Below are positions 48,464-63,197 of a stretch of 64,000 bases of DNA, piece by piece. The stretch comes from Macrostomum lignano. Lineage: Eukaryota. How positions within the stretch are numbered: the stretch's first letter is position 1; each line of letters opens with the position of its first letter. The position numbers and the translations under genes are program-made. Location of the stretch: positions 434,001-498,000 of the forward strand of contig NIVC01000184.1 of assembly GCA_002269645.1 (NCBI GenBank), read 5' to 3'. The notes beneath the pieces are model-generated. The model did no database searches and was not told where the DNA came from. It was given only the letters and a program-made list of their open reading frames with translations.

Positions 48464-51001
48464 CTTGCTTCTTTAGTGATATTTTAGAAAGGTTTAAGTA
48501 AGCTCTGAAATTTAATGAAGTCAACAATATTTGTGTCAGGCTTTATATACATTTAGTTGTGAACTATTCAAGTAAAACCCACTACAGATTTGCTATTGCC
48601 TTTCATATTTATTTAGGCCTAAAAACATTGCCTTTAATGCAAGCTTAAAGCTAAATTATAACACATTGTAAACATGACTTTCTTGAGAATTAAATCAAAT
48701 TTCACTAAGCAAATTCCAAATAACTAATATTTTTAATTTACTAATGCCTGAGAAGTTTAGAAGATTTGAGACAATTTGCGATAGAGCATGGATGCTTATT
48801 TAGAAGGTCTAAACTGGTTTGTTTATTTCAAGCAACTTTTGCATTTCAGATATATTCATGTTGATACTGTGTGTTTTAATTCTTTATAGGATGTTTATAG
48901 ATTGACAAGAAATGACTTTGAAATTTAATAGAATTCATGTTTAATCATGGACTAGCTATCTGTGTTATCCAGTGAGAGGCAATACAGAAAGAAAAAAGGA
49001 ATAAATTACTTTTATATATACAATATATTAAATTCTATTCTATATTTTACATTAATTTATACATTAAATAGAACCCCTATGACCCAAAACATTTTAGCAA
49101 AAATTCATTATTAATAGCTTTCAAATCTCAAGGAATCTCTATATAAGCCATAGAATTTTAGGAATCCACTTGCAAGTTTTTTATATCTCAGCTATTCCCT
49201 AATAAGCTTTGATACCCTAGCAATTCCTAAAAGAACCATAGCACTTTATCAATTCTAATGAGGCATAAGCCTTGAAATATTTGCCTATTAGTTAAAATGA
49301 AAATGCAATAATTTTACTAGCACTAAATATCAATCGTATAAATATTTATTAGCTCTTTGATTCCTTTTTGTACTTATAATTCAGGTGCTTGTTTCAATTA
49401 TTTACAGATTTTTTCAGATTATTAATTTTTTACCAAAAAACTATTTAAAGCAACATGGTAAAATAAAGACAATATATAATACTTAAAATTATACAATATA
49501 CCTTTCATTACTTCAAATTGAAAAAAATTTATTTCAAAGTGGCTCAACTCGACTCATTGGTTTTAGAAATCTGTTTTATCATTCAGTTAACTATACATAT
49601 TATATATGAACACTAATCTTATTAATTATACCTAAGTTTTCAAAGTGACAAGTATATGCTACAATGAACTCTTATATAAGCATACAATGTTACTCATTTA
49701 TTTTACACTAAATATTTGCCACACATCATTTTTATTTCAATTTCATTTAAACTCCAATTCATTCTAGTTAGACAAGTTAGACAATTGAAGTTCAACTTTG
49801 AAACTTTTTGCTCTTTACATATAAATCTACAATCATTTTAGACAAACTCTTTTTTCAATACCAAAAGCAAGCACAAATTTGTAGAAGAAAGAAAGCCTAA
49901 ATGTTGTTGGCATTAGGCCTAACAAAACTCTATTTCATTTTGGTCAAACTCTAATTCATATTGACAATCTGTTAACACAACTTTTATAAACTCTTTACTT
50001 TTGTCCAAGTACATTTGAAATTGTCTATCTATATTCAATTTAGTCAAATTTCATTTTATATTTTTCAAAGCAATTTATTTTTTAGAGGCAATATCTTAGT
50101 TTCCTTGTTTAATTATTTTGACACTGGATTTTTAACAAATTAACTAAATCAAATTTATTAAAACATACTTAAGGTATTAAGGTCTTAAAAATAGCATCAC
50201 ATAGCATAGTAATGGGTCACCAGAGTTGGTACCAGAGGAACCTGCTAGAAAAGGTTGTTACGAGTGTCATGTTGGCAGCAAAACTTTGCTTTTATGTTTG
50301 CCTTTATTTTTATTTATTTTAATCAAACTCTAATTTATATTGATGATCTATTGATGTAACTTTTATAAACCTTGATTTACTTTCATCAAATTATATTGAA
50401 AATTTTGGCATAATTCTAGTTTAAGTACCTGAAGCACCTATAACAATCATATCAGAAGATAATCTAAGGCCTGCAGCCTTGCATAAAACTATTTAGCAAG
50501 TGGCAATATCCACATAGATACAGCAGGGCCACTAGCTTTTTTAATCTAAGTAAATCTTAATCTTTTTAAGCTTCAAGTTTTTGAGTTAATCTAAGCTTTA
50601 AGTTTTTAAATTAATCTAATTAAGCAGAGTTAATCACTTTTTTTCCATAGAATATCACAGGTAACATGAAAGTTGTCATTTGTATGAATGCAAGCTTAAA
50701 AAGGCCTACATAAAACAAACTGCAAGATTGCCAATTGACAATTTTGGATATTTTGACAAAAGTGAATTAGAGTATATTTGATATTTTATAAGTGAATTTA
50801 CTTGGCTATACACACTGTTACTATAGTACATGTAGGCCTATATTGGCTTCCAATTAATCTAGTGACAAGACAATCTAGCAACAGACAATCCAATGACAGT
50901 CAAAGCTACAATAGACATTGTCTTGCCATTGGTGGTGGTAGATATGGTGATAGTGAATCAACTGCTATTAATTTTGTTAATAACATGGGTAAATTAAATA
51001 A

Positions 51002-53241
51002 GTAGTATTCCGCCGTAAAGAGGGTCCATGTACCGTAGCTGTAGCCATAAGCTTATGGCTTATTCCAATTCTCTATATTCTGTAACCATAGGGACCCCAA
51101 TATTAGCATATTCCCGTAGTTCCCATAGCTATAGCTGTAGTTTTAACAAAAAGTCTAGAAAACAAAATATTTTGAATTAAGAAAATGAACTTAGTGCTTA
51201 AACAACTACAAATTAAGTTAGAAAATAAAAGAAACACTCAATTGCCTTTGTAAGATTATATTTTGTCTTTTTTCAGAGCAACAATACCTAATCATTACTG
51301 AAAGTACTAATGCTGACATACATGCGCAACTGCTGGCCGACCTGGCCGATCTGGCCACCGTAAATTGTGGTGGACCAGGGGTAAGTCGCAAAAATTCCCA
51401 GCCTGAAGAATACAGACATAGTACTAATTAGATGACGAGGCATTTATACCTTATAAGATGACAGTCATAGTTACTCCTGCCGTTTACCCAAAATTGCGTT
51501 AGGGTTTCTTTTACAGGTAAGTCGCATTTTTGGTCAAAAAGTAAGTCGCATGGCCAGTGTAAATCAGGGGGGTTGCGCATGTATGAATGCTGAACTTTTT
51601 CACATTAATAAAAATTATAGTTTGCTAATGTTTTATTGTACTTATTAAGGTATATTTTAAAAGTTTCTAAGTTGAAAATACAGTTTACTAAAAGTATCTT
51701 TGTTTTACTCTACCTGTTTCTAATATCTTTTTAATTTTTTAACATTAATAATGTGGTAGTTGCATCTACCACAGATGCTTGAGACTGTCGGTTTGAATCT
51801 ATTTTTGCCCCCCAGTGAACTCCCCATTAATTTGTTTATTTATTATTTGCTTAAGTTCCCAAATATTTGCGTGAATTTCATCATAATATTTTGCTTGAAT
51901 TTAAATTTAAATTTGTTATTGCATGAGTTGCCCTGTGAATTATTTTTCTGATGTCATGCCACTTGATGGCCCGTGCGCTGCCCCACCAATTGGTTTTGTC
52001 TCCATGCTATGCCCCAACGGCAGCCCAATGCGATGCTATTTCCCTGTTTTTATTTTTCTTTATTGCTTTAAGTTACTGCCAGTTGAGGAATCTAGTGGTG
52101 GCTACCCATTTACCACCCACTGAATCCCAGGTGCCTCGCCCTCTAGCAAGAAGAAACCAATATTTATACCGCATTGTGGATGCTTGATTTATGCACTTGC
52201 TCTCTCTCTCTCTATTGTGCTCTCCTTTATTGGTTTTATTCCCTCTTGATTGCTTGCTCGCGTTTGCGTTACATTAAACCTTAATATTTATTCAGCATCC
52301 GGCATGCCGGATCTCATATCGCCATTAGGCCGTCTCTCTCTCTTTAACCTCTTGATATTTATCTTGAATTGTTGACAACAAATAATAAACTGCAACTTAA
52401 TAGTTAACAGTTCATTCATAAGCCCTTAGCTTTCTATTGAATCATTTGCCCGTGGGGCATAAAAAAAACCAAAAGTTCTCATCTCAAAGAAAGCTCTAAG
52501 AATTCAATGTTCCGTAATATGTAAATTACAGTGGTGGCAGCAACTACCCTACTGAAAGTAGCAAGTTTGACAAAAGGACACATTAATTTTATGGTGTCAA
52601 ATCTTCAGTGTCTACCAACTGAACGACCTTGCTGCTCCACAACTGCTCTGCTACAAATATGACTACCTTCCCCCGGAATTGAGGACCTCAGCAGTTGGAA
52701 TAAATCAGGAGAAAGAGTCTCATTGTGATTTGTCTAGGCAATTTTCTGGATTCAATTTATGCAAACTCAATGTCAGCGGCAATTCAAATGTGAAATCCGC
52801 CTACCTCACTGGTGTCATCAACTAATTTCAAATAGACCCATTCCAAGAAAACAGCTTTCTATGCCCCCACCTCAATAACTACGGCTAAGGGAATATGACA
52901 AAAACTCATATTTCTGTAGTCGTAGCCATAAGAGCAGCTAGCTACCATAGGCATATCTGTAGCTGCCATAGGCACCGTGACCTGCGCGCCTTCGTCCGGG
53001 ACTCCGGCCGGATGAGGGTCGCCGATGCCTCCACTGCGAACCTGCCGACTACTGGCGGGGACTGGGCGCACCCCCAGGGTTAATCCTTGTGCTCTTTTAC
53101 CTTGGGGTTGCGATAGGGGCCTCGCGGCCTATTCGCGGCGCCTGCGCCCCCCGTCAGTAGTAAGTAAGTAAGTAGGCACCTATTTTACCATATTTGCCGT
53201 AGGATTCCATAGCTATAGCTATGGCTACGGTGGAATACTAG
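51002..53241. mobile_element. Possible non-autonomous TIR element
   Basis: TAGTATTCCGCCGTA at about 51003 versus TACGGTGGAATACTA at about 53240; CCATAGCTATAGCT-type subterminal repeats at both ends; AAATAA on both flanks (TSD ambiguous). Confidence 0.45.
52975..53175 (+). mobile_element. Possible 3' fragment of a LINE
   Basis: GC-rich island in AT-rich DNA ending in an (AAGT)n tail; reads RDLRAFVRDSG...* like an ORF end. Confidence 0.35.
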
Positions 53242-55905
53242 AAATAAGTAATAGATAGTAACTTAAAAGTTACTGGGTTTTTTGTATAAAGTTACTAGGC
53301 TAATGTAAGCTTTACTTTTTTAAAAGTGGTAAGTTAAGTTACAATACTTTAAGAGAAACTCTTGTATTACTATTAGACTTGTATTAATTAGAGAAACTCT
53401 TTATTTCTTTATGAGATAATTTAAAAATTATCTAAAAAATTAAAGTAAATTATGTATAGGCCTAGCCCATAGTAAAATTAGAGAATGCATCAATATTCTA
53501 ATCATTGAAACTATATTTTTGTAAATATCCCATTAAAAGTAAATAACAAAAAATATTAATATACTAATATTAATTAAAATTATAACAATTATAACAAAAA
53601 ACCTCTAATCCATTTAAATGTCAAATAGCCAATTTAGCATTTTATTACACCTTGTCACCACATTGACTGTTGCCATTTCCTGTTTTGACTGTCACTCGAT
53701 TATCTGTCGCCAGATCGTCCAGTTGCTGGATTGACTGGATACTTACCTGGTCTGTCTGCCTACATTGTACATATAACATAGTAAGCAGTAAGCGGTAAGC
53801 CTAGCTAAATAGGACTATTTAGGCCTATTAATAAAGGACGAAATGTCAAGGACAAAATTCGAATATATATGGTTGTATAGCTAATCATAAATTTAGATGT
53901 TACTAGTTATCAATACTTAAGTATCATTTAGCCTAGGCCTAAGTCTAGTTAAAAATATTGACAAGCTTATTTATGACTTTCGACCATTCGATTGTACATT
54001 ACAATATATAGATAATGAATAGATAAAGGCAAAGCCATAAAGTCTCTTTAATTTAGGCTCTTTGTTAGTTTCTATCAGTTTCAAAGCTAAGTTAGGCTGA
54101 GGTACGGTAGGCCAAACGGTCAACGGATTACGGATAAAGGCATATCATGAAGCTAAGTTAGGCGTCGGACGAAGTAAAACTGTTTTCTTGGAAAAACATC
54201 AAATCGAATTTTCCGACCGACGATTACGAAAAATATATCGTTGGTTTCGTTTATCTCGGCAATCGGAAATGCACATGAACATGTACTGTAGTTACTTACT
54301 CTTTTACCTTATCTGCACAAGAAATTACGTGAATTTATAAGTTTCTAGAGTACATATTATATATACAGCACTAGCTCAGCGACTACCAATAGTATATGCA
54401 GCTTCGTATACATGCACATACATGTACATGTAAGCTATTAAGTACTTCCTACTAACGTCGGCTGAACGTGGGCGGAAGCCGTAATGTAGAAGTATTCCTT
54501 TACTATTCACGTCGCAGCACATTGGAAATGTCAAATTGTTTGTACGGACAGCAGGTTCTTGGCTCTGAAACTTGATTAGGATCGATATCAAAGCTCTCTC
54601 ATCAGCGCTGATCGCATGCAAATACTCCACACCGCTGTCCCAATTGCATGTCTCGAGAGTCCTGATCTCGTTCTCTTACTCCTGTGTAGGCTACTCTAGT
54701 TCTGAGTTCTTTTTTATTCATTAATTTTGAGATTTATATCTGTATTGTGTGTACTTTTTTGAATATAACTATATTTTTTAGAGATTCATTTCGCCAAATT
54801 GTGTACATGTACATCGAGAGGTCCAAACTGTTTATGGTCCGATTTCGATTTCAATATATCAGGGTACACCTATATCTGCATTTAGGTAAATTTTTGCGTC
54901 AAACAGCTGTGTACATGCATGTATTTGAAAATTGGTTCTCCCCTGATTGGCTCATTACCGAGCTCATCTATCAATCAGTGCTGATTTTGAGCTCCAGCTA
55001 TAACCCACATAACCAAAAACCTCGCCTCCACATCGGGGCGATACCGCCCGGCGATTCGTCTAAACATCGCCGAGCGATCGCCCTTATCTCGCCGAAATAT
55101 CGCGGCTGTCCGCAGGGGCGATATCGTCCCGTATCGCCCGGCGATATCGTTTGGCGAGCAATTGGCGATGAATTGACGATACAGTTATAATTCTGGTTTA
55201 AATGATAGCATTAAAAATTATTGAAAGAATCAACAGACACAGCTCATTACTGCAAATTTATTATTCCATCAGATGGCTTATAGCTATCCTTCAAGTCGCT
55301 GGGGACGAAAATTCCACAAGTTCTTATTAATGCCACTTTCAATTTTTAATATATATTTCACTTCTAATGATGCTACTTCTAGCAGCATGTATGGTGAAAA
55401 TTCAGCTATAAATATGCAGCAGGCAGGGAGAGAAAAATATAATATAGGAGAAAAATTGCAATAGTTAAACTTGAGCACTAAAGACTTTCATTTGACAAAT
55501 ATTGAAGACAAATGCTGGGCTGGTTGGCAATAAGATAAAACATACGTTTGACAAGTTTGACAAGTATAATGCATTCTTGTCAGACTCCCAGAATCTTTAA
55601 ATGACTCGAAATTCGGAACTTTATCAATTGTTGCTCTTTAAACCCTAAGCCAAGTCAAAATGACACTCATAACAATAAAATTTCTTGATAATACCAGGCT
55701 GGCATGAACCCGTCTCAATTTGGTCATGCTAATAGAATGACGGTCATGTCATTACATGACTAAGTCTAAGGCAAAAAACCCAGATGACTAAATAACCAAA
55801 TATTAAATATTAATAAGTATTTCCGACTTCTTTAACAAGCAATTCGACAGTGAATATTGGTTACTTCACAATGGAAAAATTAAATGTAACAAGGTAAAAT
55901 TCCAG

Positions 55906-57826
55906 TTACTTCGACTTATCATGCTTGCGCAGAATATCACCCGCATGCATCAGACTGTGGGCGATTGAATCATCAATCTCCTTGTCCGTAAACATGGTGT
56001 TGCCCAGACGAGCAGCCCTGACAACTACCCTGTGGAGAGTTGTATTCTTGAATGCCTTCTTCGGACCAACACCAGTGAAGTTAAATTGTAGTAGCACCTC
56101 GGCTGCCACGACATTACGAAGCATTCTTCTAATGAGCTCCCTCGCATCCTTACCACCCACGTGGGCCAGTTTTTGTGCCTAGAATGGGCAAATTTGTGAA
56201 TGACAGAAAATTTTGAGCACTTGTTTGGGTTAACTCTTCAAAACAATTTATGTTGTGCACTGCACAGAAAAATTACTGTACTAAAATACGCCTACAGAAT
56301 TTGTAAACCTGAATAAATAAAACTTGGCACTCAAATTAAAAACAAGGCCTTTTCTGTGTACCCAAGAAGACTTAAACGATTTTTACTGACCATGCAGTAA
56401 CTGCCTAGAAAATAAAAGTTGAGTAACCTAAAGATTCGGTTCTATACTTCAGGACTAAAAGTTAGTATAACTTTTATATACAGCAGGTATATGAGCATTG
56501 AACAATTTTTCTTACCATTAGTTTCTCATGCTTCTTGTCCCCAAGCCACTCGAGCAGACTGTCCATTTGCTCCATCGACTTGACTGGCAGGCAGTGGGGA
56601 ATGTCCGGTAGGTCCTGTTGGTGTAGTCCATTCGAAATGACCGACAGCTTTCTTGTGATGACTTCGACAGTCTCACGGATGGACGCCAGCTCCCGTAGGA
56701 CTTTGACCTCAAAACCTACAACAAATTCAGGATGACCGATACAAATTGTGCATAATTTTTTTATACTATAGCTTTTCCCTGAGTCACTATACACTTGAAA
56801 GCTAAGCTTTTGACTTACGTGACAGGCCCATGTTCGCAGAACTCTGTGCAGAGTCTAGTGTGTGCCGAGGCGTCATGATCATGGAGGCGACAGCGGGCGT
56901 CGAAGCAGCCTTCGAAGGCCTGGAAGGTGTGGTAATACTAGCAGCCATTGCTCCTCCTGTAGAACTCTCGCGGGACTGCTCCGTTGTTAGAACATGGCAG
57001 TCGGCCGGAGTAGGAGTACCGCAGCCTGTAGAGCCGTTCGACTGGGGATGAGTCGCCGGTTGGCCTGGAAACGGAGGAGGCATGGCTGTCTCCGAACCCG
57101 ACTCAGAACCCGACTCCGAGTCCGATCTGACCGAAGGCGTCGGTTGGGAGCGCTTTGATGAGGAGCGCTTACGCTTGGTTGTCGCAGTCCCCGAATCGGC
57201 CGAGTCAGAGGATAACCGGCGCCGCCGGCTCTCTGGTGGCACCTCCTCGACGAAACGCGAAGTCTGTGATCGACGACGAGGTTGTTCGGCATCCGTAGTA
57301 AGTTCGTCCTGGCCAGCCTCGGCTTTCTTGCATCGTCTACGCGCCGTAACTTCATTGTCTGAAGGGAAAAATCAAATTGCACATCCACATGTAAAACAAA
57401 CCAATTAGAGGCAATGTTGCGCACATCTATCATATAATCCATCACAAAAGTATCCTGAAATTTTATGATCTACCTTCATGTATAGCCTGCATTCTAGCGA
57501 TGCCATGCTGCTATCTTTGAAAGTTTTACTATATTCTAGTAAACAATCTAACATATATATAGGCTACTATAATCAGAAGTATGCAGTTCAATTAGTCACC
57601 GAATAAGTAATTCAAAGGAAGTCTAGAACTTAAAGTATTTACCACACTTCGACAGGATAGTACAGGAGTGGGTCTCCCAGTCAGTCTCCGGAATGGAACC
57701 TTTGCTTCGGAGTACCTTCAGTCGTTCGTTGCTCACTCGAGGCCATTGGCATGTTCTTAGGCCGATCATCCATGCTTCGGGAGCATACTCGACAAACTGC
57801 CCCCCAAAGTCAAGAATGTAGAACAG
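55906..57826 (-). CDS. Transposon accessory gene, DUF4806-type; exons 57826-57643, 57358-56819, 56715-56516, 56178-55906; start exon unresolved
   Basis: Phase-consistent splicing gives YAPEAWMIG...CQWPR...P.TDWETHSCTIL, a low-complexity linker, LPVKSMEQMDSLLEWL, then VGGKDARELIRRMLRNVV...LLQFNFTGVGPKKAFKNTTLHRVV. Confidence 0.7.
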
Positions 57827-58643
57827 CTGAAGGAAAAGATATAATTGCTCGCATAAATAAAGATGTGAACAAATTTTATTAAACCAGTAAAACTAGCATT
57901 TTTGTTCCACACGACGCTAAAATCTTAAGCTTTGCCTCTTCTTATTCAACTCATACAATATGAGCAAACTTAATGTTGGAAAATCAAAGCAACAATCAAA
58001 AGCTCTTTAACAATATAGAAGCATTGTTAAAGCATATAGAATAGTTGAGGGAATTGGAGAAAAAAATAACTTACTTTACATTTGACATGTAAACATGTAT
58101 GAGACAATACATTATGAGTATGAAATACATTTCATGGCCATAAATTGTATCTACTGAGTAAAATTGAGTAAAACTGTGTAAAATTTCCGTAATGCAAAAG
58201 TTTACCAATTTATTTGGTTGCTACAATGCTTATGGTTGAAATTGGATCTGTTGACAATTTATCATTACACAAACTTATGAGGGGTGTCCAGTGAAATATA
58301 GGACAGGTGCCATATATTTTAATATATTCTATTTAAAATAAATTAAATTAAATATTTTAATACTTTATTTTAGGCTTTAGCCATAGACTAATTGATAGTT
58401 GCTCTTTATAGTATGAAATGAATTTTCATGATACACATGAATAGAAATGAGCAATGAGCACAGTCCTATATTTTGCTGGACAACCCTCGTATGTCATTGG
58501 ATTAAAGTGTCTAACACCAATTAAATACTGCACCAACAACCAAGCAAAAATTAAAAACTGTGTCAACACCAAGCACCAAAAACTGCTGTGACAAATTACC
58601 ATGGCACTGAAGGATAGAAACGTCACCTGTTAATAATCAGAGA

Positions 58644-60599
58644 TCACTTCCAGAGAGTGGCAAACAGTGGGTAAGCATACTGAGTCTGCTGGTAGGGCAA
58701 AATGCATGCCTTCCTAAACATTCTGGAGAGGGGAACAGTGAGCAACTTAGATGAGAGTCCAGAAACACAATAGACATGTATCTTACGGGAATCAAATGGG
58801 TAATCATATGCACTGGAGTACTTCTTATAGCGCTTGCAAACAACTTCATAGGAGCTTCCAGAAGTAAGAAAGTGGCAAATCTGGTAGCAGCAGTATTCAC
58901 GGTCAAAAAAGTGACAGTCATTGATGTTTGAGGAAAAGCGAATACCATTTATAATGCAGCAGGAGAACCTACTCACTCCTATGGGCAGGTGGGCATCTGC
59001 CAAAAGAAACTTAAAGACTACTGCCTCAGTGCAAAGAGCCTCAACCCTTGCTTCATATACGGCAAGTTCCCGAATTCTATTAACACATTGAATAAGCGGA
59101 AGGCGACTGCCTCGAACACACTTTTTTAGTGTCTGCATAAAATTCTCGAAAGTAAATGCACTAAAATTGTCAAGACAGCCATACCGTAAGCAATCATTTG
59201 CCAAGTGGGACAATGAATGTACATTATAGACCAACATATGAGATCCATAAGTGGTCTTACAATCACTGATGAAATGATTAAGGAGCTGACTGGCATACTG
59301 TATTAAAACTACATTGGAAAGGTGATCACATAAAATAAAAATAGCAGAATGCAACAGTAGAAAGTTCTTGAGGATCCTTCGGCTTATTCCCCTAGTATTG
59401 TTCATTACAGTAACACCACTGTACAGCAAAAATGAGCGAAATTCAGTTGCCTTCCAGAACTTCAAGCAGCTTAAAGACCGTGGCTTCCTTGCAAACTCTG
59501 TTGGAAAATAGTTTCGAAGGCTGCATAGATTCTCGGAAAGACAGTCTACTAGCCGATGGCCAAATCGAGTAGCCAGTGGTCCCTGAATCCAGTAGAGGAA
59601 GAGCCGGCGCATGACTCCAAGCAGAACTAAGTGCATATAGTCATAGGGGAATGCATGCACCATGTCTATTGGCAGTTCTTCAAAGGGGCTTGGGTGGTCC
59701 CCTATGTGGTGATTTGGGTCATGCTTCTCTCGAAAGGAGGCATCAGTCCTTGATGGGCAATTGAGCTCATCAAACACTACCTGCTGATGGTACTCCCCAT
59801 GAATGGTACATTTGTCACAGGATGAGTAACCACTATGGCCCTTGATGCACTTGATCAATGCCCTTGCTGGACGGTCTGCAATGACTTTCTCTAGAACTAC
59901 TTGGTCCTTGAGATCTTGAAGTTCAGCCACCAAATCCTTCAGAAATCCACAAACTTCTGGTTTGTTGACTCCAAAAAACAAAGCAATCACAAATGGACAT
60001 GATTGTGGAAATGAACCAAGAATAGGCCAGAAGCCTTCATTTTTGCTTTTGAAGATAGGCAGGCCATCAATGCCAATTGATAGCTTGAGGGGAGCTTCAA
60101 GCTGAGTGTCTTTAGGCAAGTTACTTCGAATTCCCAGGTATACAAACTCCCCAGACGAAAGTGGAGCTGTTGCAGTTTTCCTTGGTGTTTGCAACAAAGT
60201 ACGTGCAGATAGTGGTAGTTGTGGAAAGGCCCTATGTAGTAGGTGAAGCAGACTATCTAGTGCTGCAGCTGAGACCCTAAATTTGAGTGCCCATTCAGCT
60301 AAACTTTGTTCAATTGTTGGTCCATCCATCTCAGCTTCACTATCATCATCTGTCTCCTCTGGTGCAAATTCATCCTCAATGGCCCACTCCTCCTCAAGTT
60401 GCAAATTGTGCTCTTGCCCAGCCTCTCCCTCAGCAGATAAAGTATAAGCAGCTTCTTCATTGGCAGATCCTTGGCCATTATCTGCTTCTTCTTCACCATG
60501 CAGAGAATCACTTGGCAGGGCAGCTATTTCATCAAGCATACTAGCAAATCTCTTGTGTGCAGCTCGACGAACACTACGTGCACTTTGTTTATTGTCCAT
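58644..60599 (-). CDS. EnSpm/CACTA-type (CMC) transposase, uninterrupted ORF
   Basis: LSIGIDGLPIFKSKNEGFWPILG, VIADRPARALIK...GHSGYSSCDKC, PYDYMHLVLLGVMRRL, WKATEFRSFLLY, YNVHSLSHL and FSAFTFEN are typical of animal EnSpm transposases. Confidence 0.92.
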   Translation of the reverse strand: MDNKQSARSVRRAAHKRFASMLDEIAALPSDSLHGEEEADNGQGSANEEAAYTLSAEGEAGQEHNLQLEEEWAIEDEFAPEETDDDSEAEMDGPTIEQSLAEWALKFRVSAAALDSLLHLLHRAFPQLPLSARTLLQTPRKTATAPLSSGEFVYLGIRSNLPKDTQLEAPLKLSIGIDGLPIFKSKNEGFWPILGSFPQSCPFVIALFFGVNKPEVCGFLKDLVAELQDLKDQVVLEKVIADRPARALIKCIKGHSGYSSCDKCTIHGEYHQQVVFDELNCPSRTDASFREKHDPNHHIGDHPSPFEELPIDMVHAFPYDYMHLVLLGVMRRLFLYWIQGPLATRFGHRLVDCLSENLCSLRNYFPTEFARKPRSLSCLKFWKATEFRSFLLYSGVTVMNNTRGISRRILKNFLLLHSAIFILCDHLSNVVLIQYASQLLNHFISDCKTTYGSHMLVYNVHSLSHLANDCLRYGCLDNFSAFTFENFMQTLKKCVRGSRLPLIQCVNRIRELAVYEARVEALCTEAVVFKFLLADAHLPIGVSRFSCCIINGIRFSSNINDCHFFDREYCCYQICHFLTSGSSYEVVCKRYKKYSSAYDYPFDSRKIHVYCVSGLSSKLLTVPLSRMFRKACILPYQQTQYAYPLFATLWK

Positions 60600-62103
60600 T
60601 GTCTTGGAAATGTAGGAAAGGATCAATATTAGTAGGTTGGATAGCAGTTCTAAAATACATTTTTTTGTTAAACTGATCTATATAATATATTATAGTTCCA
60701 TATAAAATAAATAGTTCCATTTTATATTGGTTCATGAATTTGTAACTAGTCTAGATAGAGGTCTTTTGATATGGAGAGTTCAAATATAATGCATCTATTT
60801 TTACTACAAAAAATAACTAGGATAATCCTAATATCAATTCTAAGGACCATAGCTATAACCTATATAGGGAACAGGGTGTTTAGATAGGTAGAAGTGTAAT
60901 ATATAGTATTAATATAGTACTTGTCTTTAATAGAAGCCCACTTTTCTATTTAAGATCAATAGCTACTATAAAATTTATTGCAAATTGAGATCTAGTCAAA
61001 CTTAGTTTTGAAATGACTAAGCTTAGCCCTAGGAGGGTAGCTAACCTAAATATTAAAAACCATGGCATAGGAAATGGCTAAGTCAAAAATTATAGATAAG
61101 GAAAATGACAATAACTATATAGCTATATATAGTATAAACTATTAGCTACCTACATTGTAACTGATCTTTAATACAGACTTGCTTTTTTATTCAATTTCAA
61201 GATCAATTGCTAGGCTATTATATTCTATAAAATAAGTTTCTAATTAGCATTCAGGAAGTAAAACTCAAAGTCTAAAATAAGTTAACCTTAATACCTAGGA
61301 CCCCAGACTCCAGATAGTATACATGTATGCCGGAATTTTCTGGCATATAGAGGGACCTAGATTACACATTAGCATACAACTTGGCATACAAAGGGGCCTG
61401 GCATGCCCTCTTAGTGTACAGCTTAGCATATAGAGACTGCTGAGACCAGTAGCTGGGACCAAAAGTTCCGAGTCCCAACAATAAATCTAGATAATTAGCA
61501 TACAAAAATGATTAAGTTTGTATTTGGCATAGTCTCCATGTACATAGTTACAGTAGCTAAATTTTGATCAGAAATAGTGGGCCTTTTATGAAAAAAATGG
61601 AAAAATAAATAAATAAACTGGGTTTAACTTTTCCAAGAAAGTAAAAATAAAACAAAAATAGTTAAAATAAACTAGTTCTCTACAGTTTAGTAAAAAGATT
61701 TTCAGTTATAACATATAAGTTGTTTGAATATTTAAATTTTGCAAGCTTTTAGTATTAGTTATAATTTGTAATTTTTTTGGCATATTTTTGTATGCAATAA
61801 AAAGTTTGTTGGTGTACATTGGCATGCATGAGCTACAGAAACAATTCTTGTCTTGGCATATAGCAGTACATGATCTTGACCCTAGCTAGGACCATGGGGA
61901 ATGTGGGTTTTGGTTGGAAAGGCCCATCACTTTACTTTTTATTCAAGAAAATCAATATTACTATCAATAGCTAGGTATAAAAAATTTCCACTTGTCAAAA
62001 ATTCTCCAAAATCTACTAAATATCTTACATTAATAATATTGACATTTGACATAAACAGTTTATTAAGATTTGGACATTAGCAAGTAAAATATTTGATCTT
62101 TAT

Positions 62104-62660
62104 CCATAGTGTAAATCATATAGTGCATGCGAGAATTTTCCCGCGTGCATTTTCAAAAGTGGCGTGCACCGGCGTGCAATTAGGTAAGTGGCGTGCATTT
62201 GGCTTGCATAATGCACACTACATAAATACACTGGCGTGCCTGGCGTGCGCCGTGTGCCGCGTGCCTGGCACCTGATGTGGCAAAGCTACCAATGCAATGG
62301 TAAGCAGACATAAAATACGTATTATTGTATTTAACTTTTGAAAAAAACTATCAATTGTAAATAAACAATGTATAAGACTGTTAATAAATTAATGTATGAG
62401 AAATATACGTTTTTAAAGATATATCATTTCTTTTGTACATCGTTTGTTGCTTTGTTTTACACAATGAAATTCAACATACATTTTTTGTCTTAAATTTGAA
62501 TTTGAATTTATTGTTGTCCTAATGGGCGTGGAATTTGTCCTAGTAGCGCGTGCATTGGCGTGTATCGGCGTGCATTCGCTTGTCGTCGGCGTGCTTTTGG
62601 GAATCAGCTTTAGGAGTTTAGGTCATTTCTCGCGTGCACTTAGCATGATCCACACTATGG
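62104..62660. mobile_element. MITE with 8-bp TSD nested in the EnSpm element
   Basis: CCATAGTGTAAATCAT...GTGCATGCGAGA versus TCTCGCGTGCAC...ATGATCCACACTATGG; direct repeat ATCTTTAT at 62096-62103 and 62661-62668; internal GGCGTGC repeats. Confidence 0.85.
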
Positions 62661-63105
62661 ATCTTTATGAAGTCCACAAAAGCTATCTTTTACTTGTTGA
62701 ATATAGGCTGTAGCTAACTTAGCTAAATATTTAGAATTTTCCAAATGAAAACCTAATCAATTGCAAAGATCATGTTGAAATGAAATAAACAATGAAGGAA
62801 ATTTAAGTTAGGCCCTAATCAACTATATTGGCAGTTGGCACTGATGACATCAGTGCTGTTATAATATAATTAACTTAGGGTTGCAATAAACTCACTTTTT
62901 GCAAAATTCTGACAGCAAAATCATGTGCAGAGAGATTTACATTAACCTTAGGCCTAACCTAGGCTAACCTTAACCTAGGTATTAAGGTTAAAACTACTAG
63001 GCTTAGCAGTCACTGTGAATCATTATTTCAATAAATTTATAATTTTAATTCAGCAATGAATTTCAAATTCTATAATTATTAATTATAACAGCATAATTAT
63101 AATTA

Positions 63106-63197
63106 TGAATTATAACTATTACTGAATTTACTGGACTTAGGGCCTAAGTCTGGATTAAGGGCCTAAGTCCAGTAAATTCAGTAATAGTTATAATTCA
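63106..63197. repeat. Perfect 36-bp inverted repeat with a 20-nt spacer
   Basis: TGAATTATAACTATTACTGAATTTACTGGACTTAGG at 63106-63141 and its exact reverse complement at 63162-63197. Confidence 0.9.
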
